This document shows positions 28,817-38,583 of a stretch of 64,000 nucleotides of DNA, piece after piece; the first letter of the stretch is position 1; every line of letters begins with the position of its first letter. The position numbers were made by a program, and so were the translations under genes. The notes under the pieces were generated by a model, which made no database searches, was not told the DNA's origin, and saw only the letters and a list, made by a program, of their open reading frames with translations. Source of the DNA: an uncultured Candidatus Saccharibacteria bacterium (GTDB taxonomy: Bacteria > Patescibacteriota > Saccharimonadia > Saccharimonadales > Saccharimonadaceae). Location: positions 240 through 64,239 of the forward strand of contig CALHVV010000066.1 of assembly GCA_938036915.1 (NCBI GenBank), read 5' to 3'.

Positions 28817-29545
28817 TTATATATCAGTGTACATATAGCACCACGGTGGGTTGTTGCCGCCGCACGGGACAACACGCTTCTTTTCTAGTTCCTCAGCAGT
28901 GGGGTATATTTTGCCATTGATTTTTATGTCGTATTTATCAATATCTTTGTCGTGTTTTTTAAGATAGCTGAGGGCTTGGTCGACCTGTGATTGGCTTGTC
29001 TTATCTGTTGTGACAATGCATACACCAAGCCGATTTGACCGGTCGGTCGTGCGGTACGGGTTGCAGGTAACGATATAAAACCAACGAGAGTAGTAAGGTA
29101 GTTTATTGATAAGGGGGCTCTCTTGAGATATCTTTGCTCCTCCTTGCGTTGCTTCGTGGCCGCCGATTGCTTCGCGAATGTCGTTGTATTTTTCTCTCTT
29201 CGCTTCTCTCTTCGCTTCCTCGGTTATCGGCTTCATAGCAAAGAATAGCTTCTTTTCTTCGCCTTTTTTGAGGTCTAGCTTGACCTGGTGGTCGGCAAAG
29301 CCTTTAGCTCGGAATGTGTATGTGTACGACCCACTCTTCACGGCGTGTTTTGCCCGCGTTGTTATCTTTTGGTCTTTGATTGTATCATACGAGACAGTAA
29401 GGCTATCGGGGATAGCATAGACGAGGATAGTGCTATCGTATTTGAGATTATCAACAAAGCGATATATCGTAAAGGCAATCATACCAACGGCAAGCAGGGC
29501 AAATAGTGCGATAATTTGGTTACGTTTTTGATTGAGCATTTCCAT
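28817..29545 (-). CDS. membrane-anchored protein with PEGA-like beta domain (last gene of T4SS-linked operon)
   Basis: N-terminal TM; VKSGSYTYTFRAKGF PEGA-like motif; C-terminal Cys pairs. Confidence 0.65.
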   Translation of the reverse strand: MEMLNQKRNQIIALFALLAVGMIAFTIYRFVDNLKYDSTILVYAIPDSLTVSYDTIKDQKITTRAKHAVKSGSYTYTFRAKGFADHQVKLDLKKGEEKKLFFAMKPITEEAKREAKREKYNDIREAIGGHEATQGGAKISQESPLINKLPYYSRWFYIVTCNPYRTTDRSNRLGVCIVTTDKTSQSQVDQALSYLKKHDKDIDKYDIKINGKIYPTAEELEKKRVVPCGGNNPPWCYMYTDI

Positions 29546-30899
29546 TGACTGTCCTCGCTAATACAACACCCGAGTTTCCAAGCATCCACTCGATTGTTCC
29601 TTGTTTGATATAAGATGGGACGTGCTGGTATTGGGAAGCTTGTGCACCGACAAACCCGTTACCAAGATCACCTAAGTAAAACAGTGTATGGCCATTAAAG
29701 ACCAAAATATCACCAGGCTGCAGGTCACTCATACTCGGAGATTCTTTGGTGTAGTATTTTTCAGGGTGGCTAAGGACGTAAGGTCGCTGATTAACCGTCC
29801 CAGCTGGTGGGTAATTTGGATCTGCCCCACTCATGCGCATCACTGTTGAAACGTATTTGCCGCAGTCTGTGTAGTCACCACCCGCTTCTGGATTATGCTG
29901 CTGGCGAGCATTTCGGTATTCTTCTTTTTCGCCACCATTACCGACTCGCCGTCCGTCCTCCCAGGCAAGACTCTTGGCTGTTTCGACGATTGATCCGCCA
30001 GCAGCACTCTTGCTACCGTTTGCGGTGCAGCCTGTTGCTGACGCATTTTGGGTGTTGGCACCATTATTATTACTACCTTCGACTTGGATCTGGGATGAAG
30101 GTGGGGATAAGTTCTCTTCCTTAACGATTCGCTCGATTTTGTCGATATATTCGGTGACAGTCGAGACATACTGGCTATCGGTGGCATAGCCAGCATTTTT
30201 GATCTCCTGGAGATATTTCCGTGGGTCGCCGGGGTATTTGAGGGCTTCGCTATAGCGTGAGTTGCTAGTGATGAATTCGCCATAGCCGAGCCAGCCAGCC
30301 TCGACGGTAGGATATTTGCGAAAGCCATCGACGATTGTTGTTCGTCCAGAGGCGTACTCCTCCTCGGTCTCCATATCGATCACCTCACCCGACCAGTTCC
30401 CGCCAGCCTTGATACCATGGAAATTGTTTGCCTTAACGGTAAGCCCAGACTTGCCATAACCAGATTCAATAACCCCTTGGGCAAGGACTGTCTCGTATGG
30501 TGTGCCGTATTTTTTGTTTGTTTCGACAGCCATCTTGACGTATTTGCGGACAAAGTCTTTGAGGTCTTCTGCCCCAGTGGCGCTACTACCATCGCTACTG
30601 CTGGTGCTGCTGGTAGAGCAGGTTGCTGCGTCGGGGTCGAAATGCTCGATATAGTTACCAGAAAAGAACCTTGCGTCTAAAGCTGAAGCAGGAGTTGATA
30701 CGAGAGAGAACACTATCGCAAAAACAAGAGAACTTATTCGATAAACAGTGGTACAGCGAGAAAAGAGTGTTGTCGATGGCGAAAAAAGAGACAGAAAGCT
30801 AAGTAATCCTTGGCTGATGTGTATTTGGCAGCGAGTGACAAAAACACAAAGAGAATAGAAAAACTGGGTAAAAGCTACATAAGCCAACCGCATGATCAT
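29520..30899 (-). CDS. secreted bifunctional peptidoglycan hydrolase: GH73 glucosaminidase + NlpC/P60/CHAP-like domain
   Basis: LAQGVIESGYG, NNFHGIKA, GYATD; DCGKYVS...QPGDILVFNGHT. ATGA overlap with upstream stop and a GGAGG RBS. Confidence 0.88.
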   Translation of the reverse strand: MIMRLAYVAFTQFFYSLCVFVTRCQIHISQGLLSFLSLFSPSTTLFSRCTTVYRISSLVFAIVFSLVSTPASALDARFFSGNYIEHFDPDAATCSTSSTSSSDGSSATGAEDLKDFVRKYVKMAVETNKKYGTPYETVLAQGVIESGYGKSGLTVKANNFHGIKAGGNWSGEVIDMETEEEYASGRTTIVDGFRKYPTVEAGWLGYGEFITSNSRYSEALKYPGDPRKYLQEIKNAGYATDSQYVSTVTEYIDKIERIVKEENLSPPSSQIQVEGSNNNGANTQNASATGCTANGSKSAAGGSIVETAKSLAWEDGRRVGNGGEKEEYRNARQQHNPEAGGDYTDCGKYVSTVMRMSGADPNYPPAGTVNQRPYVLSHPEKYYTKESPSMSDLQPGDILVFNGHTLFYLGDLGNGFVGAQASQYQHVPSYIKQGTIEWMLGNSGVVLARTVNGNAQSKT

Positions 30900-33862
30900 G
30901 ATGATCCTCCAATGCGTCGAGCATACTCCCAGTGCCATGCTTCTGGCTTACTACCGTTAGGTTCTGCCCATTCGGGGTGAACATAGCCGTACTTATGTGC
31001 ATTAGCTTTGAGCCAATTGTAAGTAGAAGAGCCAAAGTCCCCCACACTGATATCTGCTGCGAGCCCCCAGCCATGGTTCGAGCTACAAGGTGGCGCTGGC
31101 TTGGCGAGACCACCTTGGTATAATGGGTTACCTGGTGTTGCGTATGCAATTTGCCGTTGGCAGTCTCGGTATGCTTCGTTGATACCAAAATCAGCACCAG
31201 TCTCCGCTTTGTAAGCTTTGTTCATTTCTTCCATAGCGGCCGCAGCTTGCTTGTGCATCCTCTCGCCGGACGAAAATGACAGAGCTACCAAGTCGCCTTC
31301 TGCTAATTCGCCGTTTTTAAGGCCGTTCCATGTTGATATAGAATCGCCACCTTCTGCAGCAGGCTGGGCTTGGTCAAATTCTGGCTCCCCGACTGCCGGG
31401 CCGCTGGGGGTACTGCTACTAGATTGGCTTGCACCACCTCCACCAGAGATTGGTTCATTGTCCATGGTGTCGACGACGCGTTGGTCGATCGTGAAGAGTG
31501 CAGCATTGACTTTTTCCTCAGAGTCAAACTTGCAATAAGCGGTGTCGACGCCATTCTCGCCATCGGTACCTTTGCCGCACTTCTCTTGCCATTCTTTGAG
31601 CGTGCCGCCAGTTGCTTCGCCTGTTTCTTCGTTGTATTGCCCAGCAAGAGATTGGGCAACCTCGTCGGGATCTTTATCAAGATTGAGTGCGCCATACGAT
31701 ATATTACAAAATGGCCCAGCAGCGACATCCTTGGGGATATTTGGGTCATCGCATGCTTGCCAAATCTTTTTCATGCGATCTGTCTCAGTATTGGCGCTGA
31801 CTTTGTTGCCAAAGAAGGCCGGTACGATATTCTTAGGGAGCGACACAAGATTATGAACAAAACTACTAAGATTAGAGAAACTACCCATATATGGAATAAA
31901 CGAACTATAGAGACTTCCCATAAAGGTATATGGCGACGTTGCGTCAAATGGGCTATGCTCTGTACGTTGCTCAGCAGCATAAGCAAGGTTGAGACGAGCC
32001 GTCTCTCGTTCGTAGGCGATTGTTTGGTCGACATTAAGCATACCATTACCACCCGCCGCTGCTGCTTCAGAGAACATATTTACTGCACCACTCGTGAGGG
32101 CATCTCCAGCGTCTTCACCAACAGTAGCGCTGCTCACGAGAGTGCCCGCCATAGAATTTATGAGCTTACTGAGAATTGGCGCAAACACAGCAGAAATAAC
32201 AGGGGCAGCTAAGTTTGAGACCAACTCGCCAACGATACTTGTCCATCCACCAGCAACACTCATGAGAAGCTGACCACCAGTACTGTTGATGGCCGTGCAA
32301 GATGCCTTTAGTGCACTGATATTAGATCCTAAGGCATTGGCAACGCCACCCATCTTCCGAGCCCAACCACCACCAGGGACATATTCCGTCCAGTTGGAGG
32401 TACCAGTTGGGGTTATCTCTTTCATTAGGCCATATTTGAGCCCCATTCCATCAGTCGCTGCTTTTTTGGTTACGTTGCCAGATTTATTGACGAGTACAGT
32501 AGTGAGAATCGTACCAAGCACAGCAACAGCTATATAGTCTGTTGAGCCGGCCTTAATATTATCTGCCATCGTAAAGAACATCATGGCATAGCTAATAACC
32601 TGTGTCATTTGGATGAGGCGAATCGTCTTGCTAATAGACTGAGCACCATCTTGCACCATGCAGAGGCCGCCAGCAATCATGGCGACGATATTGCCAGTCT
32701 TGCCCACACCATTTTTGATAATATTGGCTGCTGCTTCTTTGCTGATAGATTTTGTTGCTCCTTCGGCGCCTTCACTCACTGCTTCTTTCGCGGCTTTGCC
32801 AACATCAGTGTCTTCAGTAACCTTTTCCTTGCCTTCATCGTCATTTTCCTTGGCTTCGTATCTGCCATTCATTTCTTTGCCTTTGGTATTTTTGTCGATG
32901 CTTTCGCGGACTTCTTTCTCGCTTTTGGCACCAGCCAGTTTGTTCTTCTTGGTAAGAGAGAACTTTTTTATGACGCCATTGTTAAACACTTTATCGAAGA
33001 AAGCGACCCAGCGTGGTGCATATGCGCGGTGCATAATTGCTCTGAGCTCCGGCTTCTCATAATATAATTTTTTGAAATCTTTGGCGCTGATTGTCTCCTG
33101 AGTCCCATTAGGGTAGGTGACGCGCAGATATTCGATTTTTTCACCGATTGTGGATCTTTTTAAATCAACCTTATCGGAAGCTTTGACAACATTTCCCTTT
33201 TTATCGAGAGCGTCAACATCATTTTTTTCAAACTGCTTTAGCTGACGGTTCGAAACATTATTATATTTACATCGTACGTTTACTACTGAACAAATACCAC
33301 TAGTTGCGGTATTTTGAATGCGCTTGAACATTATCTTATTAGCACGCCGCTCGAAGCTGGTGTTTTGTGAATTCCAGTGGTTGGTGAGGTTTTCTTTGAT
33401 ATGAAGCAAAAGCAGACTTGGCCCACCAAAAAACGAGATCATTGAGCCACCGCCAAGCAAAATAGCGCCAAGGATACCCATTGGCCCACCTTTCTTAGAG
33501 AATATCGCACTCCGCGCTTTGGCAAAGCGAGATTTGGGCTCAGAGAGTTTACTATCGGGTGGAACTACCTTGTTGAACCAGTTATTATCACTCCAGTTGC
33601 TTCCTGGCGCGCCTTCCTGGCCTCGGACGGAGTTGGCGTAGTCGCTGCCGGTTGCGCCAGTGCTGCTGGCGTTGCTATGGGCGGATGAGCCACTCCCGCT
33701 GTTCTCGCGCGACTGGAGGTCTTGGGCGGTGCTGGACTGGCTATGATCACCACTGCCAGCATGATTATTCCGGCCAGCGAAGGTGTCGTTGCTCCAATGT
33801 GTATTCCCCGGATTATGCCGGTCGAGATCGGGTTTTTGCTGCGAGGGGATGGGGGTAGGCAT
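30896..33862 (-). CDS. large membrane protein with C-terminal M15B (VanY-like) D,D-carboxypeptidase domain
   Basis: INEAYR, SNHGWGLAAD (SxHxxGxAxD), EAWHWEY; several hydrophobic segments. Confidence 0.85.
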   Translation of the reverse strand: MPTPIPSQQKPDLDRHNPGNTHWSNDTFAGRNNHAGSGDHSQSSTAQDLQSRENSGSGSSAHSNASSTGATGSDYANSVRGQEGAPGSNWSDNNWFNKVVPPDSKLSEPKSRFAKARSAIFSKKGGPMGILGAILLGGGSMISFFGGPSLLLLHIKENLTNHWNSQNTSFERRANKIMFKRIQNTATSGICSVVNVRCKYNNVSNRQLKQFEKNDVDALDKKGNVVKASDKVDLKRSTIGEKIEYLRVTYPNGTQETISAKDFKKLYYEKPELRAIMHRAYAPRWVAFFDKVFNNGVIKKFSLTKKNKLAGAKSEKEVRESIDKNTKGKEMNGRYEAKENDDEGKEKVTEDTDVGKAAKEAVSEGAEGATKSISKEAAANIIKNGVGKTGNIVAMIAGGLCMVQDGAQSISKTIRLIQMTQVISYAMMFFTMADNIKAGSTDYIAVAVLGTILTTVLVNKSGNVTKKAATDGMGLKYGLMKEITPTGTSNWTEYVPGGGWARKMGGVANALGSNISALKASCTAINSTGGQLLMSVAGGWTSIVGELVSNLAAPVISAVFAPILSKLINSMAGTLVSSATVGEDAGDALTSGAVNMFSEAAAAGGNGMLNVDQTIAYERETARLNLAYAAEQRTEHSPFDATSPYTFMGSLYSSFIPYMGSFSNLSSFVHNLVSLPKNIVPAFFGNKVSANTETDRMKKIWQACDDPNIPKDVAAGPFCNISYGALNLDKDPDEVAQSLAGQYNEETGEATGGTLKEWQEKCGKGTDGENGVDTAYCKFDSEEKVNAALFTIDQRVVDTMDNEPISGGGGASQSSSSTPSGPAVGEPEFDQAQPAAEGGDSISTWNGLKNGELAEGDLVALSFSSGERMHKQAAAAMEEMNKAYKAETGADFGINEAYRDCQRQIAYATPGNPLYQGGLAKPAPPCSSNHGWGLAADISVGDFGSSTYNWLKANAHKYGYVHPEWAEPNGSKPEAWHWEYARRIGGSS

Positions 33863-33868
33863 GGCGGG

Positions 33869-35704
33869 CTAGGACCTCACTGGCTGCTGGTATAAGCTGT
33901 TATTGGCCACCGGGTTGGTGGTGATGAATTGCGTCTCGGTCTCGCTGGCGAAGATGCGGATATGGACGTGGTTTTGCCCAGCAAAGAAGAGCCCATCGCC
34001 CACCGGGAAGTTAGACAAGCGCTTGCGCTCTTCCTCGGTCAGCTTGAAGACCTCTGCCAGCACATCCACCGCGCTAGTCGATTGCTTTAGCAGGAGCTGG
34101 AGTGAGCTGTTTGCTACAATAGCTCGGCCCTTCTCGCTCCCCATAAAGTCTTCTACGTCCTGCGTGATGGTCGTCAGGCCCAGAGAGTACTTACGAGCTC
34201 GCTTGGCTAGGCTGTGGAGAAACTCCGCCGAGTCCTCGTATTTCATCAGCTGCCAGGCCTCATCAACGATCAGCATTCGCCGGCGCTGCACGGTGCGGGC
34301 AATGTTCCAGATGTGGCTCAGCACAATATACATTGCCACTGGCCGCAGGTCGTCTTCGAGGTCGCGGATATTAAACACGACCATGCTGTTATTAATATCA
34401 ACATTGCTCTGCTGGCTAAAGATACCAGCAAAGGTACCTGTGGTATATTTGCGCAGGCGTTGAGCCAGTGACGGCCCTGCTCCACCCATGTGAAGGAGAG
34501 TATCGTAGAGGTCAATGATCGTCGGTGGCTGAGAATTATGCGTCAGTGGGTCACTAGTGATGCCGGCCCGGGCGTAGGTATCGATAAGCGCTTGGTCGAG
34601 ATCGGCCTCTTCAGCTGGGCTGAGCAAGGCAATCTGTTGTCCGCCTACTAATGTGCCACCCAGCATGAGCTTAAAGAGCCGCTGCAGGGTGATGAGATTG
34701 GCGCGCAGGGCGTCGGTTGCTTCGTCGCTGTCGATTACTCGGGGAAGGTCGAAGGGGTTAATTCGCGTATCACTACTGAGGCTGAGGCGAATGTAACTAC
34801 CGCCGACTGCATCGGCCAGCTTTTGATACTCGTTCTCAGGGTCGATGACGAGAATGTCGGTGCCAAGCATCATACTGCGCAGTGCCTCGAGCTTAACGGT
34901 AAAGGATTTACCAGCACCAGACTTTGCAAAGACGACCATATTCGCATTCTCAAGGCTAAAGCGGTCGAAGATGACCAGCCCTTGGTTGTGCTGGTTGACG
35001 CCGTAGAGAATCCCTTCGCCGTCACTTAGGTCGGCACTGGTAAAGGGAAAGCTTGTGCTCACCGCGCCAGTGTTCATGTTGCGGCGGACTTGCAGCTGGT
35101 CGGTCATTTGGGGGATGGTGCTGTTGAGGCCTTGCTCTTGCTGGTTGCTGGCGGTCTTACTGTAGACCATATTCTGGCCAAAGATTGTCTCGATGACGTG
35201 CTGGACAAAGCTCAGCTCCTCGAGGCTATCGGCATAGAGTGTGACGTAGAGCCCAAAGCGAAAGAAACGTTCGGCTCCAAGCTGTAGCTGGTCGCGCAAT
35301 TCCTCGGCATCGGCCAGGGCAGCTTCGCGAGCTGGGTCACGCACTTTACCCTTCTCGGAGTTCAGCGCCATATCAGCCTCAAGCTGCGTCACCTTCTTGC
35401 GGAGGTTGTTGAGGACGATCTCCGTCTCGACAGGGTAAATAAACATGCTAATATCAAGCACTTGATCGATGTTGATCAATCCTGACAGCCAGCCTGTGTA
35501 GAGTTCACGTGGGTAGCCGTAGATGTAAAGTGTGCGGCCATACTTGGTGCCAATGCGGAAGTACGTGCTGTGGATCTCCAGACTGCTGGGAGCGATTAGG
35601 TCGCGCAGCGTCGTCATCCCCTTGATAAAGGCTTCCTCTACCTCTGCTTGCTCGCGCTCGCGCTGCTGGGCAGCAATGTCGATTGGATCGGGTCGTCGTG
35701 CCAT
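33869..35704 (-). CDS. virB4: VirB4/TraC family T4SS ATPase
   Basis: AKSGAGKSF, IDPENEY, INPFD, IVDEAW, AKRARKY, ITQ. Confidence 0.93.
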   Translation of the reverse strand: MARRPDPIDIAAQQREREQAEVEEAFIKGMTTLRDLIAPSSLEIHSTYFRIGTKYGRTLYIYGYPRELYTGWLSGLINIDQVLDISMFIYPVETEIVLNNLRKKVTQLEADMALNSEKGKVRDPAREAALADAEELRDQLQLGAERFFRFGLYVTLYADSLEELSFVQHVIETIFGQNMVYSKTASNQQEQGLNSTIPQMTDQLQVRRNMNTGAVSTSFPFTSADLSDGEGILYGVNQHNQGLVIFDRFSLENANMVVFAKSGAGKSFTVKLEALRSMMLGTDILVIDPENEYQKLADAVGGSYIRLSLSSDTRINPFDLPRVIDSDEATDALRANLITLQRLFKLMLGGTLVGGQQIALLSPAEEADLDQALIDTYARAGITSDPLTHNSQPPTIIDLYDTLLHMGGAGPSLAQRLRKYTTGTFAGIFSQQSNVDINNSMVVFNIRDLEDDLRPVAMYIVLSHIWNIARTVQRRRMLIVDEAWQLMKYEDSAEFLHSLAKRARKYSLGLTTITQDVEDFMGSEKGRAIVANSSLQLLLKQSTSAVDVLAEVFKLTEEERKRLSNFPVGDGLFFAGQNHVHIRIFASETETQFITTNPVANNSLYQQPVRS

Positions 35705-36663
35705 TAAAAATCTCCTTTGTGATATGCTGTCGAGGTTGGGACAGCTCCCTCGCCTTTGCGGACGAAGGTGGAAGTCACGTTATTAAAGTCGCCCAGCGGC
35801 TCGCGCACTGCCGTGTCGGGGTTATACATGTTGTAATAGAGGGTGCCGAGCTCTTTGGTCTTGAGCTGCACTGCCCGTACACCAATCTGCATCAAGCCGT
35901 TGAGGATGGTGTCAGCCCGGTTGCGGATCTCCTCACGGGCTCGCTCGTAGGTTTCTTTGCTGATTTTCGTCACGGTGTTGGTGTTCTTGGGAGCGAAGAG
36001 CTTCGTGAAGAACCCTTTACCTTGGTCGAGAATCGTCCCCTCCCCTGCTGGGTAATACGGGATGACGACGTAGAAGCTCTTGTCCATGATGTTGGCGTTT
36101 TGTGAGAGGTCGTCGATGAAGTTGATATAGTCTTCCATCAGCACACTCAGCAGCATGTTGTCTTGGGTGCGCTGGATGGCGACGAGCTTATCGAGGTATG
36201 GGCCAATATCCACCCGCTGTGAGCGGATGCAGATCTGCACTGGGAAGTATAGCGCATTGAGGAAGTTCTGGTAGCTATACTCTACTCCCTCGCGCTCACG
36301 AGCGCTCATGAGGTCAAAGTTAATCGACTCACAGGCAATGACGGCGCGGAAGCTGCCATCACCCATGATGATCATATCATCACGCAGTTCTGAGAGGAGG
36401 AGGCTATTCTGCGTGGTAGCGGGCTTGGGTGGAGCCTTTTTCTTGGTGTCTTGAGTAGGCTGATCATTCGTATTACCCTGCACAGCTGGTGGCTGAGCTG
36501 GTGTTTGCACGGCGGGGTAGTTGCCCTGCGGCGGAGCGGGGTACTGCGGGTAATTAGCTGGCACCTGGCCCGTTGGCGCAGCGCCCTGACCTTGGTTATA
36601 ACCAAACTGGCTGGGTGGCCCAGCTGGTGGCTGTTGATTGTTGGGTGAATTTGGCGACACCAC
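35704..36663 (-). CDS. T4SS-associated protein (VirB4 N-terminal/TraC-like) with Pro/Gln-rich N-terminus
   Basis: INFDLMS...YQNFLNAL.FPVQI..RS, FYVVIPY; lies between prgI and virB4. Confidence 0.7.
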   Translation of the reverse strand: MVSPNSPNNQQPPAGPPSQFGYNQGQGAAPTGQVPANYPQYPAPPQGNYPAVQTPAQPPAVQGNTNDQPTQDTKKKAPPKPATTQNSLLLSELRDDMIIMGDGSFRAVIACESINFDLMSAREREGVEYSYQNFLNALYFPVQICIRSQRVDIGPYLDKLVAIQRTQDNMLLSVLMEDYINFIDDLSQNANIMDKSFYVVIPYYPAGEGTILDQGKGFFTKLFAPKNTNTVTKISKETYERAREEIRNRADTILNGLMQIGVRAVQLKTKELGTLYYNMYNPDTAVREPLGDFNNVTSTFVRKGEGAVPTSTAYHKGDF

Positions 36664-36678
36664 TCTCCTTCTTATTTC

Positions 36679-38538
36679 TTAGCGCAAAGGGATGACAATC
36701 TCATCATCGTCATCATCCTGACTAGCCTGCTCTTGATGTTGAATCCGGTTGGCTTCATTGGCAATGGCAGCAACGGACAAATCAGAGTTGCTGGCTAGTC
36801 TAATTATATCAGGCGAGACGGTGTTTGTGCTAGTGTTTGGCGGCAGATTGTTGCGTTGCTGGGCGAGCTGCTCCTCGCGCAGGCGTTCCTCGCGCGTGGG
36901 GGTTGTCTTGGCGTAATAACTGGGGTCGAGCGGCTGAATGACTGACTGATGAATGCTCGGGTATGGGTTGTAGCGTACTGCCATATCGATGACATTTTTA
37001 TCATCAGCCAATGCTGAGCGCGCTCGGTAGGATACTGCGGCTGGGGTGGGTGCAGGTGCCGGCGTAGACTGAGCCGGTGCGACGGGTGGCTGCTGAGGTG
37101 GTGCTGGCTGGTAGGTAGGCTGCTGGGGAGGATATGGTGTGGGGATTTGCGGATAATTGGAGGCTACTGTTGGAGTTGGTTGCTCTGCAGGTACTGGGGT
37201 GAATGATGGCTGAGTGTCGGCAGGAGGCGCTTCAGCTGGTGGGTTGCTGAGTGTAGTTGTCGTGTGCGTGGCTGACTTTTGGGGTGGTACAAGGGGCACG
37301 ACATCGGTGCTGGGAGTGGCGTGCTGGCGCAGGTTGGCATAGATTGCTTCAAAAGATGGTGTCCCCTCTGTCGTGGGCTCTGGCGCAGCTTCTGCTGCGG
37401 GTTTAGGCGGTGTGTAGGGCTTGTTCAGGGCGTCTGGCAAAACCGAATCGTGCGGAATAACAGCGGGCAGTACCATTGGCAGAGACTGGAGTGAGTCACG
37501 CTCTCGTGGCATAGGCTGTGGCTCGGCAGCAGGCGCTTCGTCATGGGGTGAGTCGTCCACTGGCGAAATTTCGTATACCTCGGTAGATTGCTGAGGTGGG
37601 TATGGGTTTGGTTGGTTTTGATAGGCGCTAGCATCGGGCGCAGGAGCTTGCTGATGCGACGACGCAGTGCGATTCTCGGGGAAGCTCGTGGACGAATATG
37701 ACACCGCTGGGCGCTGAGGCTCTGGTGCTGGGTATGGCGGCTCTGGCATACGAGGCTGAGGCGGCGACACTGGCGCAAAGCCAGCGTCAACTAGTGGTTG
37801 GTATGGTGGTGTAGTATTTGGAGTTGCTTGTGGTGCTGCGCGGTATGGCTGCTGCTGAGCTTGAGTTTGTGGCCACTCCGGCTGATACGGCACGGGAGCT
37901 TGCTGGAGTGGTTGCCCATCAGCTACAGCGGGCAGTGCCGCTGGTTGAGCTTGCATGCGCTCGATGGCGGCTCGGCGCCGGGCTTGGTTGGATTGCTCAA
38001 TGCGCCGCGTCATCGCCCGCGCTTCGCTGCTGTTGTCATCAAACATATCCGAGGTTTGCTGCGCCTCGAAATAGACATCACTAATCATCGACCCCTGTGC
38101 ATCGGGCACGCGGGTGTGGCGAATGGACCAGCCATGAGTATCAGCCAGCTGCGACAGATACGCTAGGCGGCGCTCGGCTTCGTCTTGGCTGAGATTTTTC
38201 GTTCGCTCAATCTCTACCTTCTCGGGCACTGTAATCTCGATGAGCGAGTTGATACCATCAGGCTGCCACATGCGCCGGCGTGGCTTGGTGTAGAATGACA
38301 CCACCGCCGCGAGGTAAACCTCCATTGGCTGATCCTTACGCAGTGGCAAAGCTAACGCACCAAACAGCAGAATAATCGGCACTGGAATGACCGCCAGCGG
38401 CAAAAACACCTGTGACAATCCCCACGCCAATGCGATCCCCGCTGCCGCAACCAACAGATAAATAAACTGGCGAAAGCTAAACGGCCCAAGAATTTTATCC
38501 TCTGCCTCAACATCCTGTGCAACCTTATATCTCGACAT
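36679..38538 (-). CDS. PrgI family (VirB3-like) protein with long Pro/Gln/Ala-rich disordered region
   Basis: YKVAQDVEAEDKILGPFSFRQF, two TMs, DQPME. Confidence 0.85.
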   Translation of the reverse strand: MSRYKVAQDVEAEDKILGPFSFRQFIYLLVAAAGIALAWGLSQVFLPLAVIPVPIILLFGALALPLRKDQPMEVYLAAVVSFYTKPRRRMWQPDGINSLIEITVPEKVEIERTKNLSQDEAERRLAYLSQLADTHGWSIRHTRVPDAQGSMISDVYFEAQQTSDMFDDNSSEARAMTRRIEQSNQARRRAAIERMQAQPAALPAVADGQPLQQAPVPYQPEWPQTQAQQQPYRAAPQATPNTTPPYQPLVDAGFAPVSPPQPRMPEPPYPAPEPQRPAVSYSSTSFPENRTASSHQQAPAPDASAYQNQPNPYPPQQSTEVYEISPVDDSPHDEAPAAEPQPMPRERDSLQSLPMVLPAVIPHDSVLPDALNKPYTPPKPAAEAAPEPTTEGTPSFEAIYANLRQHATPSTDVVPLVPPQKSATHTTTTLSNPPAEAPPADTQPSFTPVPAEQPTPTVASNYPQIPTPYPPQQPTYQPAPPQQPPVAPAQSTPAPAPTPAAVSYRARSALADDKNVIDMAVRYNPYPSIHQSVIQPLDPSYYAKTTPTREERLREEQLAQQRNNLPPNTSTNTVSPDIIRLASNSDLSVAAIANEANRIQHQEQASQDDDDDEIVIPLR

Positions 38539-38583
38539 AGTTTATGTATTTATTATAGCATGAGGGGGATAGATAAGACTTTA

